A stretch of 64,000 bases of DNA from Alphaproteobacteria bacterium (GTDB lineage Bacteria; Pseudomonadota; Alphaproteobacteria; GCA-2731375): contig CBDDBZ010000037.1 in NCBI GenBank assembly GCA_965225945.1, forward strand, positions 394,860-458,859, written 5' to 3'. Both the position numbers and the translations under genes were made by a program. Each line of letters begins with the position of its first letter. Positions within the stretch are counted from its first letter, which is position 1. Below, in pieces: positions 42,331-53,823 of the stretch. The notes beneath the pieces were generated by a model. That model was not told where the DNA came from. It did not search any database and was given only the letters and a program-made list of their open reading frames with translations.

Positions 42331-43512
42331 TTAGGCTGTTTCCCTCAGACCAGCAGACTCAATACGTAAAAGGGCATCAGAAACAAGCTCTACAGTACAT
42401 GCAATCTCCTTATCGGTTGTGTACCAACCCACGCTGAGTCTGATCGAAGATTGCGCATCTTCATCGGACAGGCCAATTGCGCGTAGGACATGAGACGCCT
42501 CCGGAATGCCGGAAGTGCAGGCGGACCCAGTCGAAACAGCCAAATCAGGTTGGAGCACTCCCAATAATTCTTCGGCGCGGAATCCCGGAAATTGCATACT
42601 CAAATTGCCAGGATGCCTTGCTGATATGGACGGGCCGTTCAGCTTGGCTTCCGGACCCAAGGCGGATAGGCCATCCCAAAGCTTCAAGGATTTCGTGCGA
42701 AGAGATTCACGCTGTTGCGGCTGTTGCAGCAATAGTTCGCAGGCGGCTCCCATTCCCACGCATAGCGGAACGGGCAGAGTTCCCGATCGAAGCCCTTGTT
42801 GTTGACCACCTCCATGTATGAGGGGCGTAATTTCACTTTGCAGCCGCCGCGTCACATAGAGACACCCGATCCCTTTAGGGCCGTAGATCTTATGTCCCGA
42901 CAGACTGATCATGTCTGCATAGCTGGAAGCGCGGGACATGTCGCAAGCCAACGGCATCTGAGCGGCGTCCAAATGCACAAGCACACCAAAGCGCGAAGCC
43001 AAGGCATAGATAGCCTCGATATCCTGAATCGTACCGATCTCGCTATTCACTGCACCGATAGACAACAGAAGCACCCGTTCAGAAAGTATTTCTTCAAGAT
43101 GACCGAGGTCGATCCGGCCATCCTCGCCTACCTTGCATGCCGTTAATTCGGCCCCATACTCATCCGTCATCGCAGCGCAGGTCGCAAGCGCACTTTTATG
43201 CTCAATATTGGTCGTTATAATTCCATTTCGTTCATTTTTACTCAATAAACGACGAAGACCAAGTATAGCGAGATTATTCGCCTCAGTTGCACCCGAGGTA
43301 TATATGATCTCATCATCGTCGCAGACTATGAGCGCCGCTATTCTTGCGGATGCTGAATTCACGGCGGCGGCTGCCGCCCATCCAGATGCGTGATCCGATG
43401 AGTGGGGATTGGCGAACGATTCGGTAAGAAACGGCAGCATTTCCTCGAAAACGGCCTCATCGAGCGGTGTCGATGCCTGATGATCGAGGTAGATTGTGTT
43501 TCCAGTTCGCAT
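42331..43512 (-). CDS. Cysteine desulfurase (IscS/DndA/SspA-like), divergent from the ssp-like operon
   Basis: IYLDHQASTP, TSGATEANN, DAAQ, SGHKIYGPKG (PLP Lys), RSGT, STGSACTSG (catalytic Cys). Confidence 0.93.
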   Translation of the reverse strand: MRTGNTIYLDHQASTPLDEAVFEEMLPFLTESFANPHSSDHASGWAAAAAVNSASARIAALIVCDDDEIIYTSGATEANNLAILGLRRLLSKNERNGIITTNIEHKSALATCAAMTDEYGAELTACKVGEDGRIDLGHLEEILSERVLLLSIGAVNSEIGTIQDIEAIYALASRFGVLVHLDAAQMPLACDMSRASSYADMISLSGHKIYGPKGIGCLYVTRRLQSEITPLIHGGGQQQGLRSGTLPVPLCVGMGAACELLLQQPQQRESLRTKSLKLWDGLSALGPEAKLNGPSISARHPGNLSMQFPGFRAEELLGVLQPDLAVSTGSACTSGIPEASHVLRAIGLSDEDAQSSIRLSVGWYTTDKEIACTVELVSDALLRIESAGLRETA

Positions 43513-43662
43513 TTAGTTTCAATATCTTATCGGTGAAAACGGTTGCTGAGCGCCACTTTCAAGGCATCGGTGCATCTTCTGGGGGATCGCCCCAGCTTTC
43601 CGTTTGACTATAGCATGTTCGAGGAGGTAAAGTCGAGCTGGAGGAACCATCCAGGAGAAACC

Positions 43663-44619
43663 ATGTCAAGAGGGCCGCTATTTCAAAAAAACTACAAACC
43701 GCTATTCTCTGGCCATGAGACATTTCCGTTGCGTTATGGCTGGCTGAAGAAAGTATATGATGCGGTGACCGAAAGCGGTGATGGGATCGCGAGCAAGTCT
43801 ATCTTCTCAGATGACAACGCCATTGCCCGTTTTGGCGTTGGCAAGAATATGGTTGCCTCCATGCGATATTGGGGCGCAGCATGTGGCATTATTGGCAACG
43901 TTTCCCCTAACCGACTCTCTGTGAAGCCTCTTGGCCACAAACTATTCGGACAAGATGGTCTTGACCCTTACATGGAATCACCTGCAACGCTTTGGATTTT
44001 GCATTGGTGGCTTTGCGGGCGAGAAGACAGAACGACCTGGTATTGGGCTTTCAACCATTTTTCGCACCTAACATTCGAGCGGGAAACACTTGTAAAAGCT
44101 TTGTTATCGCTTGCAGAAGATCGTGAATGGCCACGCGTATCCCCGGCCACCGTAAAGAGGGATGTTGAGTGCTTTGTCCGCACCTATGCCGCCAGAATGG
44201 CGACCGGGCAAAGCTCTCATGAAGATGCACTTGAATCGCCCCTGACTGAACTCGGTCTGCTAAGGGCAACTGGAAAAAAGGATGGATTCCGTTTTGTTCG
44301 TGGCGCCAAATCCACACTAGGCGAAGGGGTCTTCGCTTACGCGCTCATTGATTTCTGGGAAAGTTACTCACATTCGAAGACGCTTTCATTCGAGGCGATC
44401 GCTCATGAGCCAGGTTCCCCCGGACGGGTTTTTTCGCTTGATGAAAGCGACCTTGCCGAGCGCCTAGCTGACATCGGCGACGCCACTGACGGGCTTTTGC
44501 GATGGTCTGAAACGGCTGGCCTAAAACAAGTCATTCGATCCTCAGAGCTTAACGTCGAAGCCGCCCTTGATTTGGTCGATGCAGACTTTCGCGTTCGCGA
44601 CCGCAGGAAGGTGGCCTGA
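43663..44619 (+). CDS. sspB: DUF4007 protein (SspB-like)
   Basis: FSGHETFPLRYGWLKK, FGVGKNMVASMRYW, DPYME...TLWILHW, SPLTELGL, SPGRVF, ETAGLKQ; RBS AGGAG before ATG at 43663. Confidence 0.85.
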   Translation: MSRGPLFQKNYKPLFSGHETFPLRYGWLKKVYDAVTESGDGIASKSIFSDDNAIARFGVGKNMVASMRYWGAACGIIGNVSPNRLSVKPLGHKLFGQDGLDPYMESPATLWILHWWLCGREDRTTWYWAFNHFSHLTFERETLVKALLSLAEDREWPRVSPATVKRDVECFVRTYAARMATGQSSHEDALESPLTELGLLRATGKKDGFRFVRGAKSTLGEGVFAYALIDFWESYSHSKTLSFEAIAHEPGSPGRVFSLDESDLAERLADIGDATDGLLRWSETAGLKQVIRSSELNVEAALDLVDADFRVRDRRKVA

Positions 44620-47600
44620 TGAGTCTGAGTGAAAAGGTATACATAGCCCCAAGGTTTCAGCGCGCAATACGAATAGATACCGACCTGAAACAACCGGAAT
44701 CGCTGGAAGGCTTCATGTGCCCCCAATCATCCGCCGAAGTCTTGCTCGCGATGGCAAACCACGTGTCGGACACGAAGCAAGGCGCCTTTACATGGACAGG
44801 ACCCTACGGCAGCGGCAAATCCAGCTTAGTTGTTGCACTAAGCGCGCTGCTCGGAAACAACAAGACTCTGCGCACGCTTGCCGTTTCATCGATTGGTGAG
44901 CCCGTCGCAAGCGATATCCGGTCCAAGCTTCAATGCGGAAAGAAGGGTTGGCAGACAATCGCGGCTGTCGGGCGGCGCGAGAATGCTTGCCACGTCATTG
45001 GAGAAGCCCTGATTGATTCCGGCATAGTGCCGGGCCGCCGGAAGAAACAATGGGACGACAAAGCTATCATCGAGGCATTGGTGAACACCGCAGGAGCAAA
45101 GGATCACGGGGGCGTCATCCTCTTTATCGACGAGATGGGAAAGCTGCTTGAAGGTGCCGCGCAGGGCGAAGGCGATGTGTATCTTTTCCAACAGCTTGCC
45201 GAGGCGGCATCACGTAGTGACGGCCGCTTGATTATCGTCGGCGTCCTGCATCAGGCGTTCGAAGAATATGCCAACCGGCTTTCCAGAGATTTGCGCGACG
45301 AATGGTCGAAGGTTCAAGGCCGTTTTGTTGACTTGGTTGTTAATGCCGCCGGTGAAGAACAGATAGAACTAATCTCGCGCGCCCTATCCGGCGAAGCGCC
45401 GGGTAAAGGCCATGTGAAACTAGCCGGAAAGGTTGCCAAGGAAATCCAATCGCGCAAGGCCGGTATTTCAAGCTATCTCGATCAGGCCCTTGCTGATTGC
45501 TGGCCGCTCCACCCCGTTGTCGCGTCGCTTCTTGGGCCGATTTCGAGGCGAAGATTCGGGCAGAACCAACGCAGCATATTCGGCTTCCTGAATTCAGCAG
45601 AGCCGCACGGTTTTCAAGATTTCCTGCGAACAGCCGAAGAGCGCGACCTCTACTCCCCGAACCTGCTTTGGGAGTATCTACAACTCAATCTCGAACCCTC
45701 GATTCTCGCTTCTCCCGACGGTCACCGATGGTCGATAGCCGTAGAGGCAATCGAGCGGTGCGAAGCAATGGGGGGGGATCAATCTCAAATCGAGCTTCTC
45801 AAAGTCATTTCACTGGTTGATCTATTCAAGGACCGGTCGGGCATGGTCGCGAGCGATGCGCTGTTGGCTGCTTCGTTCCCCTCGCTTTCCAAGGCCAAGT
45901 TGCGGTCGATGCTCGACCAGCTTACCGAATGGTCGCTGATATCGTTCAGGAAGTTTCTTGGTGGCTACGCGGTTTACGCAGGAAGCGACTTCGACATAGA
46001 GGCTGCAACCGAACGAGCCCTCGGCCACATTGACGGAGTGGATTTCGAGCAGCTGCGTGCCCTTGCAAGTCTTCAACCCGTCATGGCAAAGCGCCACTAC
46101 CACGAAACAGGGGCGCTACGCTGGTTCGATGTCGAGATAGCGCCGCTTTCAGGCGCCTTGCAACATGCCGAGGAATTCGAACCGGGCGCGAGCACGATCG
46201 GCCTGTTTCTGCTCGAAATCCCGACACAAGGCGAATCCGAAGATGCAGCCAAGGACCTTTGCAAGCGAGCGGCACGATTATCCGGTCGTCACGATATAAT
46301 CGTCGGGCTGTCTTCACGGTCCTGGTCAATCAATAACCTGTCCCGCGATTTGATTGCCCTGGAGCACGTGAGAAATGGCGACTCAGAACTGCGAGGGGAC
46401 GCTGTAGCGAGGCGTGAGGTCAACGCCCGTATTGCCAGTTTGCAAGCGCAGCTAGAACAAGAGCTGCAACGCGCCTTCGACGGCGCACAATGGTTTCAAA
46501 AGCAGCATAGTCCCAAGCAGCTTATGCATGACGAGTTGAATGGCCTTGCCTCAGATCTCGCCGACAAGCGGTATCCTTTGTCGCCGGTTCTGAATAACGA
46601 GCTGCTGAACCGGATAAAGCCGTCAAGTAATGCGATTGCCGGACAAAACGCACTGCTCAGAAAGATGGTGGACAATGAAGGCGAAGAGCGGCTCGGAATA
46701 GTCGGGTTCCCGGCCGAAGGCGGTATGTTCGAATCTGTTCTCGAAAGTTCAAACCTCTATGCGAACACCCCTGATGGATGGCGCTTCGTCGCTCCGGGTG
46801 AAGGATTGCCAGACAAGGCAGGTCTGCGCCCGCTTTGGGATGCAACGGCGGAATATCTGCTCAAGCGGGAAGACCGATCAGTGACGCTTTCGGACGTTTA
46901 TGATCTTTGGCGGTCGAAGCCATTCGGCATCAAGGACGGCATGATGCCTGTCCTGGCGGTAGCGTTCATTCTGTCGAAGCGAAACGACGTTGCGCTTTAC
47001 CGGCAAGGCGTGTTTCAGGCCCGCTTTACCGACCTTGATGTCGATTATCTGGCAAAAGACCCGAATGATATCCAGCTGCGGTGGATGAATTTGAGCGACC
47101 TCGCGCGAAGGCTTTTGTCCGGTCTTGCCAATATCGTTCGCGATCTGGATGAAACGAACAGCCTGCAAAATCTAGAGCCGATCGATGTGGGGCGCGGACT
47201 GATTTCGATTTACACGAGCCTTCCCCAATGGACGCAAAGAACGATGAGATTATCCGCGAATGCCATCCGTATTCGCGACCTGTTCAAACGCGCCAGGGAC
47301 CCGAACCAGTTCATCTTCAATGATCTTCCCCAGCTTGCCAGCAACAGCAGTGATTTGGAAAGCGAGGACGGTTTCCGCCGGATCGTGGGTAGCGTCCGGG
47401 ACGCATTGGAAGAGATGGTCAAAGCTTATCCGCAAATGCTGCAACGCCTTGCAGAGCGCACGCTTGCAGAGCTTCAGGTTCCCAACAGCTCATCACAGGC
47501 CCTTAATGACCTAAGAGACCGCGCTAGTAATATTCGGGAGTTGGGGGGTGATTTCCGTCTCAATGCCTTTGTCAATCGCATATCGTCCTATCACGACGCA

Positions 47601-48005
47601 ATTACAGAAATAGAAGGATTGGCGGGGCTTGCCGCCAATAAGCCGGCTAGGGACTGGATCGACGCCGATCTGGATACGGCCTCGATTGAACTCGCCGATC
47701 TCGCGCAACGGTTCAACAAGTCCGAAGCGTTTGCGCGCGTGAAGGGCCGTCCCGATAAGCGTCACGCAATGGCAGTGATTGTTGGCGTCGGAGGCATACC
47801 GGCCCCTATAGGCGATGAGTTTGATGTTAGCGATGCGGAACTCGCAAATGTCGAAGCGCTAATCACCGATTTGCGAAAAGCGCTCCACAAGCAGCGAAAC
47901 GCCAAGCGGTCGGTAGTACTAGCCGCACTGGCAGAAATTTCTGCCGAGGTCATGCGGAACGAAGATGCGGAGCAGGCCGACCGCAGCAAGGCGGTAGTAC
48001 GATGA
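44619..48005 (+). CDS. sspC: Large ATPase (SspC-like)
   Basis: Walker A TGPYGSGKSS, Walker B FIDEMGKLLE, EWSKVQGRF, PLHP...FGQNQRSIFGFL; coupled to the genes on both sides. Confidence 0.8.
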   Translation: MSLSEKVYIAPRFQRAIRIDTDLKQPESLEGFMCPQSSAEVLLAMANHVSDTKQGAFTWTGPYGSGKSSLVVALSALLGNNKTLRTLAVSSIGEPVASDIRSKLQCGKKGWQTIAAVGRRENACHVIGEALIDSGIVPGRRKKQWDDKAIIEALVNTAGAKDHGGVILFIDEMGKLLEGAAQGEGDVYLFQQLAEAASRSDGRLIIVGVLHQAFEEYANRLSRDLRDEWSKVQGRFVDLVVNAAGEEQIELISRALSGEAPGKGHVKLAGKVAKEIQSRKAGISSYLDQALADCWPLHPVVASLLGPISRRRFGQNQRSIFGFLNSAEPHGFQDFLRTAEERDLYSPNLLWEYLQLNLEPSILASPDGHRWSIAVEAIERCEAMGGDQSQIELLKVISLVDLFKDRSGMVASDALLAASFPSLSKAKLRSMLDQLTEWSLISFRKFLGGYAVYAGSDFDIEAATERALGHIDGVDFEQLRALASLQPVMAKRHYHETGALRWFDVEIAPLSGALQHAEEFEPGASTIGLFLLEIPTQGESEDAAKDLCKRAARLSGRHDIIVGLSSRSWSINNLSRDLIALEHVRNGDSELRGDAVARREVNARIASLQAQLEQELQRAFDGAQWFQKQHSPKQLMHDELNGLASDLADKRYPLSPVLNNELLNRIKPSSNAIAGQNALLRKMVDNEGEERLGIVGFPAEGGMFESVLESSNLYANTPDGWRFVAPGEGLPDKAGLRPLWDATAEYLLKREDRSVTLSDVYDLWRSKPFGIKDGMMPVLAVAFILSKRNDVALYRQGVFQARFTDLDVDYLAKDPNDIQLRWMNLSDLARRLLSGLANIVRDLDETNSLQNLEPIDVGRGLISIYTSLPQWTQRTMRLSANAIRIRDLFKRARDPNQFIFNDLPQLASNSSDLESEDGFRRIVGSVRDALEEMVKAYPQMLQRLAERTLAELQVPNSSSQALNDLRDRASNIRELGGDFRLNAFVNRISSYHDAITEIEGLAGLAANKPARDWIDADLDTASIELADLAQRFNKSEAFARVKGRPDKRHAMAVIVGVGGIPAPIGDEFDVSDAELANVEALITDLRKALHKQRNAKRSVVLAALAEISAEVMRNEDAEQADRSKAVVR

Positions 48006-48838
48006 CGACGCCTGAAAAACATGTGCTTGGTCTTTCCGGCGGACGGGATAGCGCTGCGCTCGCCGTATATATGCGTCACTACCATCCCGCACTCGATATA
48101 AATTACTTTTTCACGGACACAGGAAAGGAATTGCCCGAAGTCTACGAGTTCCTTGGCCGCCTCGAAGGTGTGCTTGGCAAGCCTATTCAAAGGCTAAATC
48201 CCGATCGTGACTTCGATTTCTGGCTGAAACAATACAATTCCTTTTTGCCGTCGGCACAAACACGTTGGTGCACCAGGCAGCTGAAACTTCGTCCTTTCGA
48301 GATCTGGATCAAGCCGATGCTTGCCGAAGGGACAAAGGTCTTTTCCTACGTTGCCATACGCAGTGACGAGGAATACCGCGAAGGCTATACGTCCAAGCAT
48401 GAGAACCTCGTCGTGAGCCTGCCCTTTAAGGAAGCCGGAATCGACAAAGCCGGGGTTCTCGAACTGCTGGAATCTTCGGGCCTTGGTCTTCCGAAATACT
48501 ATAAATGGCGCACGCGAAGCGGGTGCACGTTTTGTTTTTTCCAACAAAAGATCGAGTGGGTCAGGCTGCGCGAGGAACACCCTGAATCCTTTGAAGAGGC
48601 GAAACGGTACGAAAAAACTGCAATGGACGGCGGGTCACCGTTCACCTGGAGCCAAGGAGAGTCGCTTGAGCAACTAGAGCAGCCGGAGCGAACCGAGCAA
48701 ATCAAAGCGGATCACGCGGAACGGCTTCGAAGGACGAAATCAAAGGCCTGCACGAATCCACTCAGACCCGACGATGAACCGCTGGACATTGACGATCTGT
48801 ATGGTCAGACAAAGGCATGTCTCGCCTGCCACAAATGA
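48002..48838 (+). CDS. sspD: PAPS reductase-family protein (SspD/DndC-like)
   Basis: LSGGRDS PP-loop, DTGKE, RWCT..LK, RSGCTFC, C-terminal CLACH. Confidence 0.85.
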   Translation: MTTPEKHVLGLSGGRDSAALAVYMRHYHPALDINYFFTDTGKELPEVYEFLGRLEGVLGKPIQRLNPDRDFDFWLKQYNSFLPSAQTRWCTRQLKLRPFEIWIKPMLAEGTKVFSYVAIRSDEEYREGYTSKHENLVVSLPFKEAGIDKAGVLELLESSGLGLPKYYKWRTRSGCTFCFFQQKIEWVRLREEHPESFEEAKRYEKTAMDGGSPFTWSQGESLEQLEQPERTEQIKADHAERLRRTKSKACTNPLRPDDEPLDIDDLYGQTKACLACHK

Positions 48839-48878
48839 TGATCCGGCTTGCTTTGAAATTGTCCCATAGGAGATATTC

Positions 48879-49400
48879 TTGAATTTTGGGGAAGTAGAAG
48901 ATTTTGCTCAAGGTGCTGCGGATGCAATAGCCAGATTCACCGTTCAATTCACGCTGTCAACAGACCAGTTGGATGACGATAATTACCGGCTCGACGGTCT
49001 GGAATGGCATTCAATCTGTTACGGCGAGGACGAAATCGAAATCGTGCCGAACGACCGGCGCGGTATATATGCATTCGCAATATGTAAAGAAAGCGAAGTG
49101 CTGCCACCGCACTGCTACGTCCTTTACATCGGCATCGCCGGGAGAAAGTCGAACCGGTCACTTCGCGAACGCTACAGAGACTACCTCAATGAAAAAAAGG
49201 TTCTGAAACGTGATCGCATAGCCTTCATGATTGGAACCTGGCATCACGTGTTACGTTTTTACTACGCGCCGGTTGACCAGAATATTACGTCAGATCAACT
49301 TGAAGGACTTGAAAGGCAGCTGAACAGCACTCTTCTTCCGCCGTTCTCACAGGGGGATCTGGAAGCCGAAATCAAGAAACAACGGAGGGCGTTCAGATGA
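48879..49400 (+). CDS. GIY-YIG nuclease-family protein
   Basis: RGIYAF...LYIGIAG...SLRERY...LEGLERQL....PPF; AGGAGA RBS and TTG start; 4-bp overlap with the DGQHR gene. Confidence 0.75.
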   Translation: MNFGEVEDFAQGAADAIARFTVQFTLSTDQLDDDNYRLDGLEWHSICYGEDEIEIVPNDRRGIYAFAICKESEVLPPHCYVLYIGIAGRKSNRSLRERYRDYLNEKKVLKRDRIAFMIGTWHHVLRFYYAPVDQNITSDQLEGLERQLNSTLLPPFSQGDLEAEIKKQRRAFR

Positions 49401-50656
49401 CAAAATCCAAGACCAAAGAAATCGTCCTCCCGGCTCTTCGAGGCGTCATGGGCACGTGGGTGTACTACACATGTCTCATGAATATGGAAGAGGTCGCGAG
49501 GCGCGTCAGTTACGCCGACGAGATACACAAGAACAAGAAGCTCTCAGATATGATTCAGCGCAGCCTAAAAGCGACGAGAAGCGCGCAGATCGCAGAATAT
49601 ATCGAGACACAGGACGAACGTTTCTTCAATTCGCTCGTGATTGCGACATATGGCGGGCAGCCCAACTGGAGCGCCATCGACAGCCTGAAAAGCAATAGCA
49701 AAAACAATATCACCGAAAGACTCTCAGAAGAGACTTTAAACTCCGTCGGCTTTTTATCGCTCAGTGGAAACGAAAAGCTCTTTGCGCTGGACGGTCAGCA
49801 TCGGCTGTCAGGTATCAAGAAGGCAATAAAGGACGGGCTGGAACAAGATCCCCCCGACGATTTGTCTGTCATTTTTGTTGCCCACAAAACTTCGCTCAAA
49901 GGCTTGGAGCGCACGCGGCGGTTATTCACCACACTCAACAAGACGGCAAAACCCGTCTCCAAGGGCGACATAATTGCGCTTGATGAGGACGATGTAATGG
50001 CGATTTGCGTCAGGCGCCTGATTGAGGAGACCAAGCTTTTTGAGGGAGAGCGAGTGGCGTTCGTTGCGAACAACAATCTTCCGACATCAAACACAAAAAG
50101 CCTCACCACGATCGGCAACCTTTATGACGTGGTTACGACCTTGTTCACCCGCGTTGAGACGGATCTTAAAACAGGCAAAGCCGAACTGCAAAGAGCCCGG
50201 CCCGACGACAAGACCCTCGGGGCATACTTCGATTTGGCTAAGCGGTATTTTGAGCTAATGGCGGCGAATTTCGGTGCCCTTTCCGAATTTTTCGCGGCAG
50301 AGGAAACTACCGGAGTTGTTAAAAAGTATCGTGGAAATCACGGGGGCAGCGCGCTGTTCCGGCCCATAGGGCTGGCCATATTCGCGGATATTGTGGCCCA
50401 CTTAAGCAAAAAATATTCTTTGAAGAAATCAATCGAAATTGCTGGAAAATTGCCAACGACACTTACTGATCTGCCTTTTGAGGGGCTTATGTGGGATTCG
50501 GCAAGTCAGCGCATCGACAACACAAACAGGGTTACGTTGCGCGAAGTCCTTTTATACATGCTGGACAATTCAAAATGGACGGACGCGACTGTATTAAAGC
50601 GTTATCAGCGGAGTATAGGAGACGAAGAAGCGGAACTGCCGGACAAAGTCGTTTGA
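49397..50656 (+). CDS. DGQHR-domain (DndB-like, ParB-fold) protein
   Basis: IQRSL...R...IAEYI...FFNSLV, LFALDGQHRL, RLFTTLNKTAKPVS. Confidence 0.88.
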   Translation: MTKSKTKEIVLPALRGVMGTWVYYTCLMNMEEVARRVSYADEIHKNKKLSDMIQRSLKATRSAQIAEYIETQDERFFNSLVIATYGGQPNWSAIDSLKSNSKNNITERLSEETLNSVGFLSLSGNEKLFALDGQHRLSGIKKAIKDGLEQDPPDDLSVIFVAHKTSLKGLERTRRLFTTLNKTAKPVSKGDIIALDEDDVMAICVRRLIEETKLFEGERVAFVANNNLPTSNTKSLTTIGNLYDVVTTLFTRVETDLKTGKAELQRARPDDKTLGAYFDLAKRYFELMAANFGALSEFFAAEETTGVVKKYRGNHGGSALFRPIGLAIFADIVAHLSKKYSLKKSIEIAGKLPTTLTDLPFEGLMWDSASQRIDNTNRVTLREVLLYMLDNSKWTDATVLKRYQRSIGDEEAELPDKVV

Positions 50657-50679
50657 TCGTTGACGCGAGAAAGCGCGCC

Positions 50680-53600
50680 CTAAATCATGTGTTCCAAGTC
50701 GTATTCCCTGAGTGTCGGAGCAAGCACTTCATAAGCTTCAGCTCTATTTTCCGAAAGAGATGAAAACTCGGCCACTCGGCCTAATTCGGACTTGATCAAT
50801 CTCTTCGCGTAGTCAGAATCGGTTTCGTACCCCTGCGGCAAAACGACGACAAAGTCGTGTGTCGTCGCCATTTCTTTTCCGGGCGAGCGCCGTAGAATTC
50901 TTCCCCGGCGCTGAACGAATTGGCGCGGATCACGAGAGCTCGCGAGAATATACGCCGTGCTGCACGCGGGTACGTCAATACCTTCGTCAAGGCAACGGAT
51001 CGCGACCATGGCATCAATGATGCTCAGCCTGAAATTCTCCAGAATTGTGTCCCGTTCCTTGCGTGTCTCCCGAGAGGTAAATCGAGAGACATCCCAGCTG
51101 CCCCGGTGGAGAAGTGAACTCACCGCCTCGACCTGTCGCTGTCCATGATCGGCATTTTCGGGCGCGGAATCCGGCCCGGCGTCCTCATCGGTCTCAACAG
51201 TGCCGTCGCCGCAATAGAACAATGTGTGCGGACACCGAGCGGCCCCTTCTAGAACCTCTTCGAGCGCACTCATCTTGTTGGCGGCAGAACCGATTAGCCG
51301 CGCGCGCCGCATCAGGAGTCCTGTTAGTTGGGGACTTGTGCCGGATGACGAAACACCCTTCCGCCTCGCCATGATCCTGCCGATCTGCTCTGACAAGGCG
51401 ACAAACTCATCGGCTTCCGCCGCAGTCAACTCAACCAACTTCGGATAGTAAAAATAGGGAGTGAGGACCTTATCCTCTATCGCTTGTTTCAGCGTATATT
51501 TCGATACGATATCGCCGTAGAAACCGGCCAAGCGCTCATTGCGCTCCTCGTCCAGATAATGTTCGGGCGTTGCCGAAAGGCCGATCCTATAGCGCGCGTG
51601 TTCGGGCAAGAAACCCTCATAGGCTTTCGATGTGTGGTGGTGACATTCATCTCCAATCCATAACAGCCGATTGCCTTTTATCTGCTTGAGGCATTTCTGG
51701 AATTCGGGGCTTTTTAGCGTCCTGTTCACGACGACGATCGCCGCGAATTTCCGGCTTCCCATCACCAGCTCATGGACAACACTCCTGAGTTTTTCCAGCC
51801 AGTTTGCCCGTGAAACGTAGCACCGGACCGGATAGATGTTGAATGAGGAAAGGATATCGACCCATTGATCGGCGAGGTTCTGATACGGCACAGCAATGAC
51901 GCAGGTCAGGCCGTCAATGCGTTCTGACAATTTTACGACGGCATGAATGGCAGTAATGGTTTTGCCGGCGCCGGTGGCTAGATCGAACGTTCCCTGAAAA
52001 TCGCCCTTAGAGTCCGTCCGGAGACTTTATGTAGGATTACAGAGTTTTCGGAGCATGAGTCGAATGGACGCGAGCTTGATGAAGGCGAGCGCGTTGCGGT
52101 TGAGGTTCTCCCAGTCCTTGGCCAGTCGGCGGCAGCGGTTGAGCCAGGCGATGGTGCGTTCGACCACCCAACGCCTGGGCTGGACGACGAAGCCCTTCAC
52201 CCGATCGGATCGCTTGACGATCTCGGTCTCGAGATCGGGCAGGATGCCGGCCAGGGCGCGGTGAAAGACCGGCCCCTGATAGGCGCTGTCGGCGAACAAT
52301 TTCCCGAGAAAGGGAAACAGACCGAACAAGGTCGCCAGCAGCGCGAGACCGCCGTCGCGATCCTGAACGTCGGCGGCGGTGACGATGCCGTGCAGCAGCA
52401 AGCCTTGCGTATCGACCAGAACATGCCGCTTCTTGCCCTTGATCAGCTTGCCGGCATCGAAGCCGTGGCTGTCGATGCGAGCCCCCCTTTTTCAGCGCTT
52501 TTCACACTCTGACTGTCGATGATGCAGGCCGTGGGGCTGGCTTCGCGCGCGGCTTTCTCGCGGCACTTGAGGTAGAGCGCATGATGGATGCGATCCAGCG
52601 TGCCGTCCCAGTTCCACAGGCCGAGGTAATCATGCACGGTGCTTCTGGGCGGCAAATCCTTGGGCAGCGCGCGCCACTGGCAGCCGGTGCTCAGAATGTA
52701 CATCACGCCGTTGATCACCTCGCGGATAGCGACGCGCCGTTTGCCGCCGCCGGGCTTGCCCGGCGGGATCAGCGGCTCGATATGCGCCCATTCCGCATCG
52801 GTCAGGTCGCTCGGATAACGCAGTTTGTCGCGGTTGTAGCGCGGGCGGTTGTCGGCAGTCCACATGGGGCACCTCAAGAGCAAATTCACCACCCCAGAGA
52901 ATCACAGCTGATTCAGCTCTTCAAGAGGGGCCGCCGGATAACCGATTCATCCGACTCATAAAGTCCCCGGACGGACACTTAGCCTTCCACGCATCAAGTG
53001 CAGCGATTTGATGTTCCTGCATCTTGAATGGTCGGCTATTGATGGTCTTTGGCTCTTTCGGCTTCGAGGATGTCGTGCTTGTCGTGCCGTAGATCTTGTC
53101 TCGCAACCTTGCAGCGATGGCCGCTTCAATCTCGGGATCAGGGGTGTAGTTCAGTGCCCTTGCGGTCGAAATCAGCTTTTCGCTGACGGCCGTCGGAATG
53201 TCCATGACTGCCGTGGCACGGCTTTCATTGCGCCAAAGCCGTTCAAAGCTATCGATATGCGGGTCGAAATATTCAGCTAGCTCAGGTCGCCAACTCGGAA
53301 AAACATTGATTGATTCATAGTTGAACGTCGGCAGCAGAGCGTGGGTGCTCTCGTTTGCCGATCCGGCAAAGACGAGCTTGTCTCCTGCCTTGTCGCTGAT
53401 GATGCCGATCTTGTCGTGATACATTCCGCGCACGCGAAGCGCGATCTTGACTTCGAGTCTGCCGTGCGCAACCAGCCACGCCAGAGTCTCAAAGCGGTTT
53501 TGAAACAGCGCGTCGCTGACATTTGTGATCTGATCGAGCAGTTCGGCCCCGATTTTTTCTGAAATCTCTCTCTGCTGATGGCCTTGCTTGATCGCTTCGA

Positions 53601-53823
53601 TGTCTTGCTCGTCGGAAAAAGCGCCCAAGATCAGGCGGATTTGACCGCCGTTTTTTACAAAAACCGAAAGCGCCTGCGCCGCGTAGCTGATCGTTGATGC
53701 CGAGAAATATCCTACGGCTCGATCATAGCGGTTAGCTACGGACAGCGCCGGTAAATAAAAGTCCTCCAAAATATTATCAAGATCGGACTTGTAGACACCT
53801 TGATATTGCAAATCACGCAACAT
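50680..53823 (-). pseudogene. PLD-like nuclease + SF2 helicase (PT-associated restriction enzyme, PbeA-like) interrupted by IS5 copy 2
   Basis: N-part YDRAVGYF, YHDKIG...GSANES; junction WKAK|GDFQGTFDLATGAGKT; DECHH, GLSATP, CLDEGIDVP, QRRGRILR. Removing the IS and one TSD gives 2172 nt (723 aa) in frame. Confidence 0.88.
52010..52978 (-). mobile_element. IS5 family element, copy 2
   Basis: Same sequence as copy 1; TTA TSD at 52007-52009 and 52979-52981. Confidence 0.95.

Noticed and set aside
43663-48838. BREX type 4 or canonical DndABCDE call
   Set aside because: No PglZ or BrxL is present, and the PAPS reductase is short and sits with DUF4007 and a large ATPase, not in a dndBCDE order; Ssp-like fits better.
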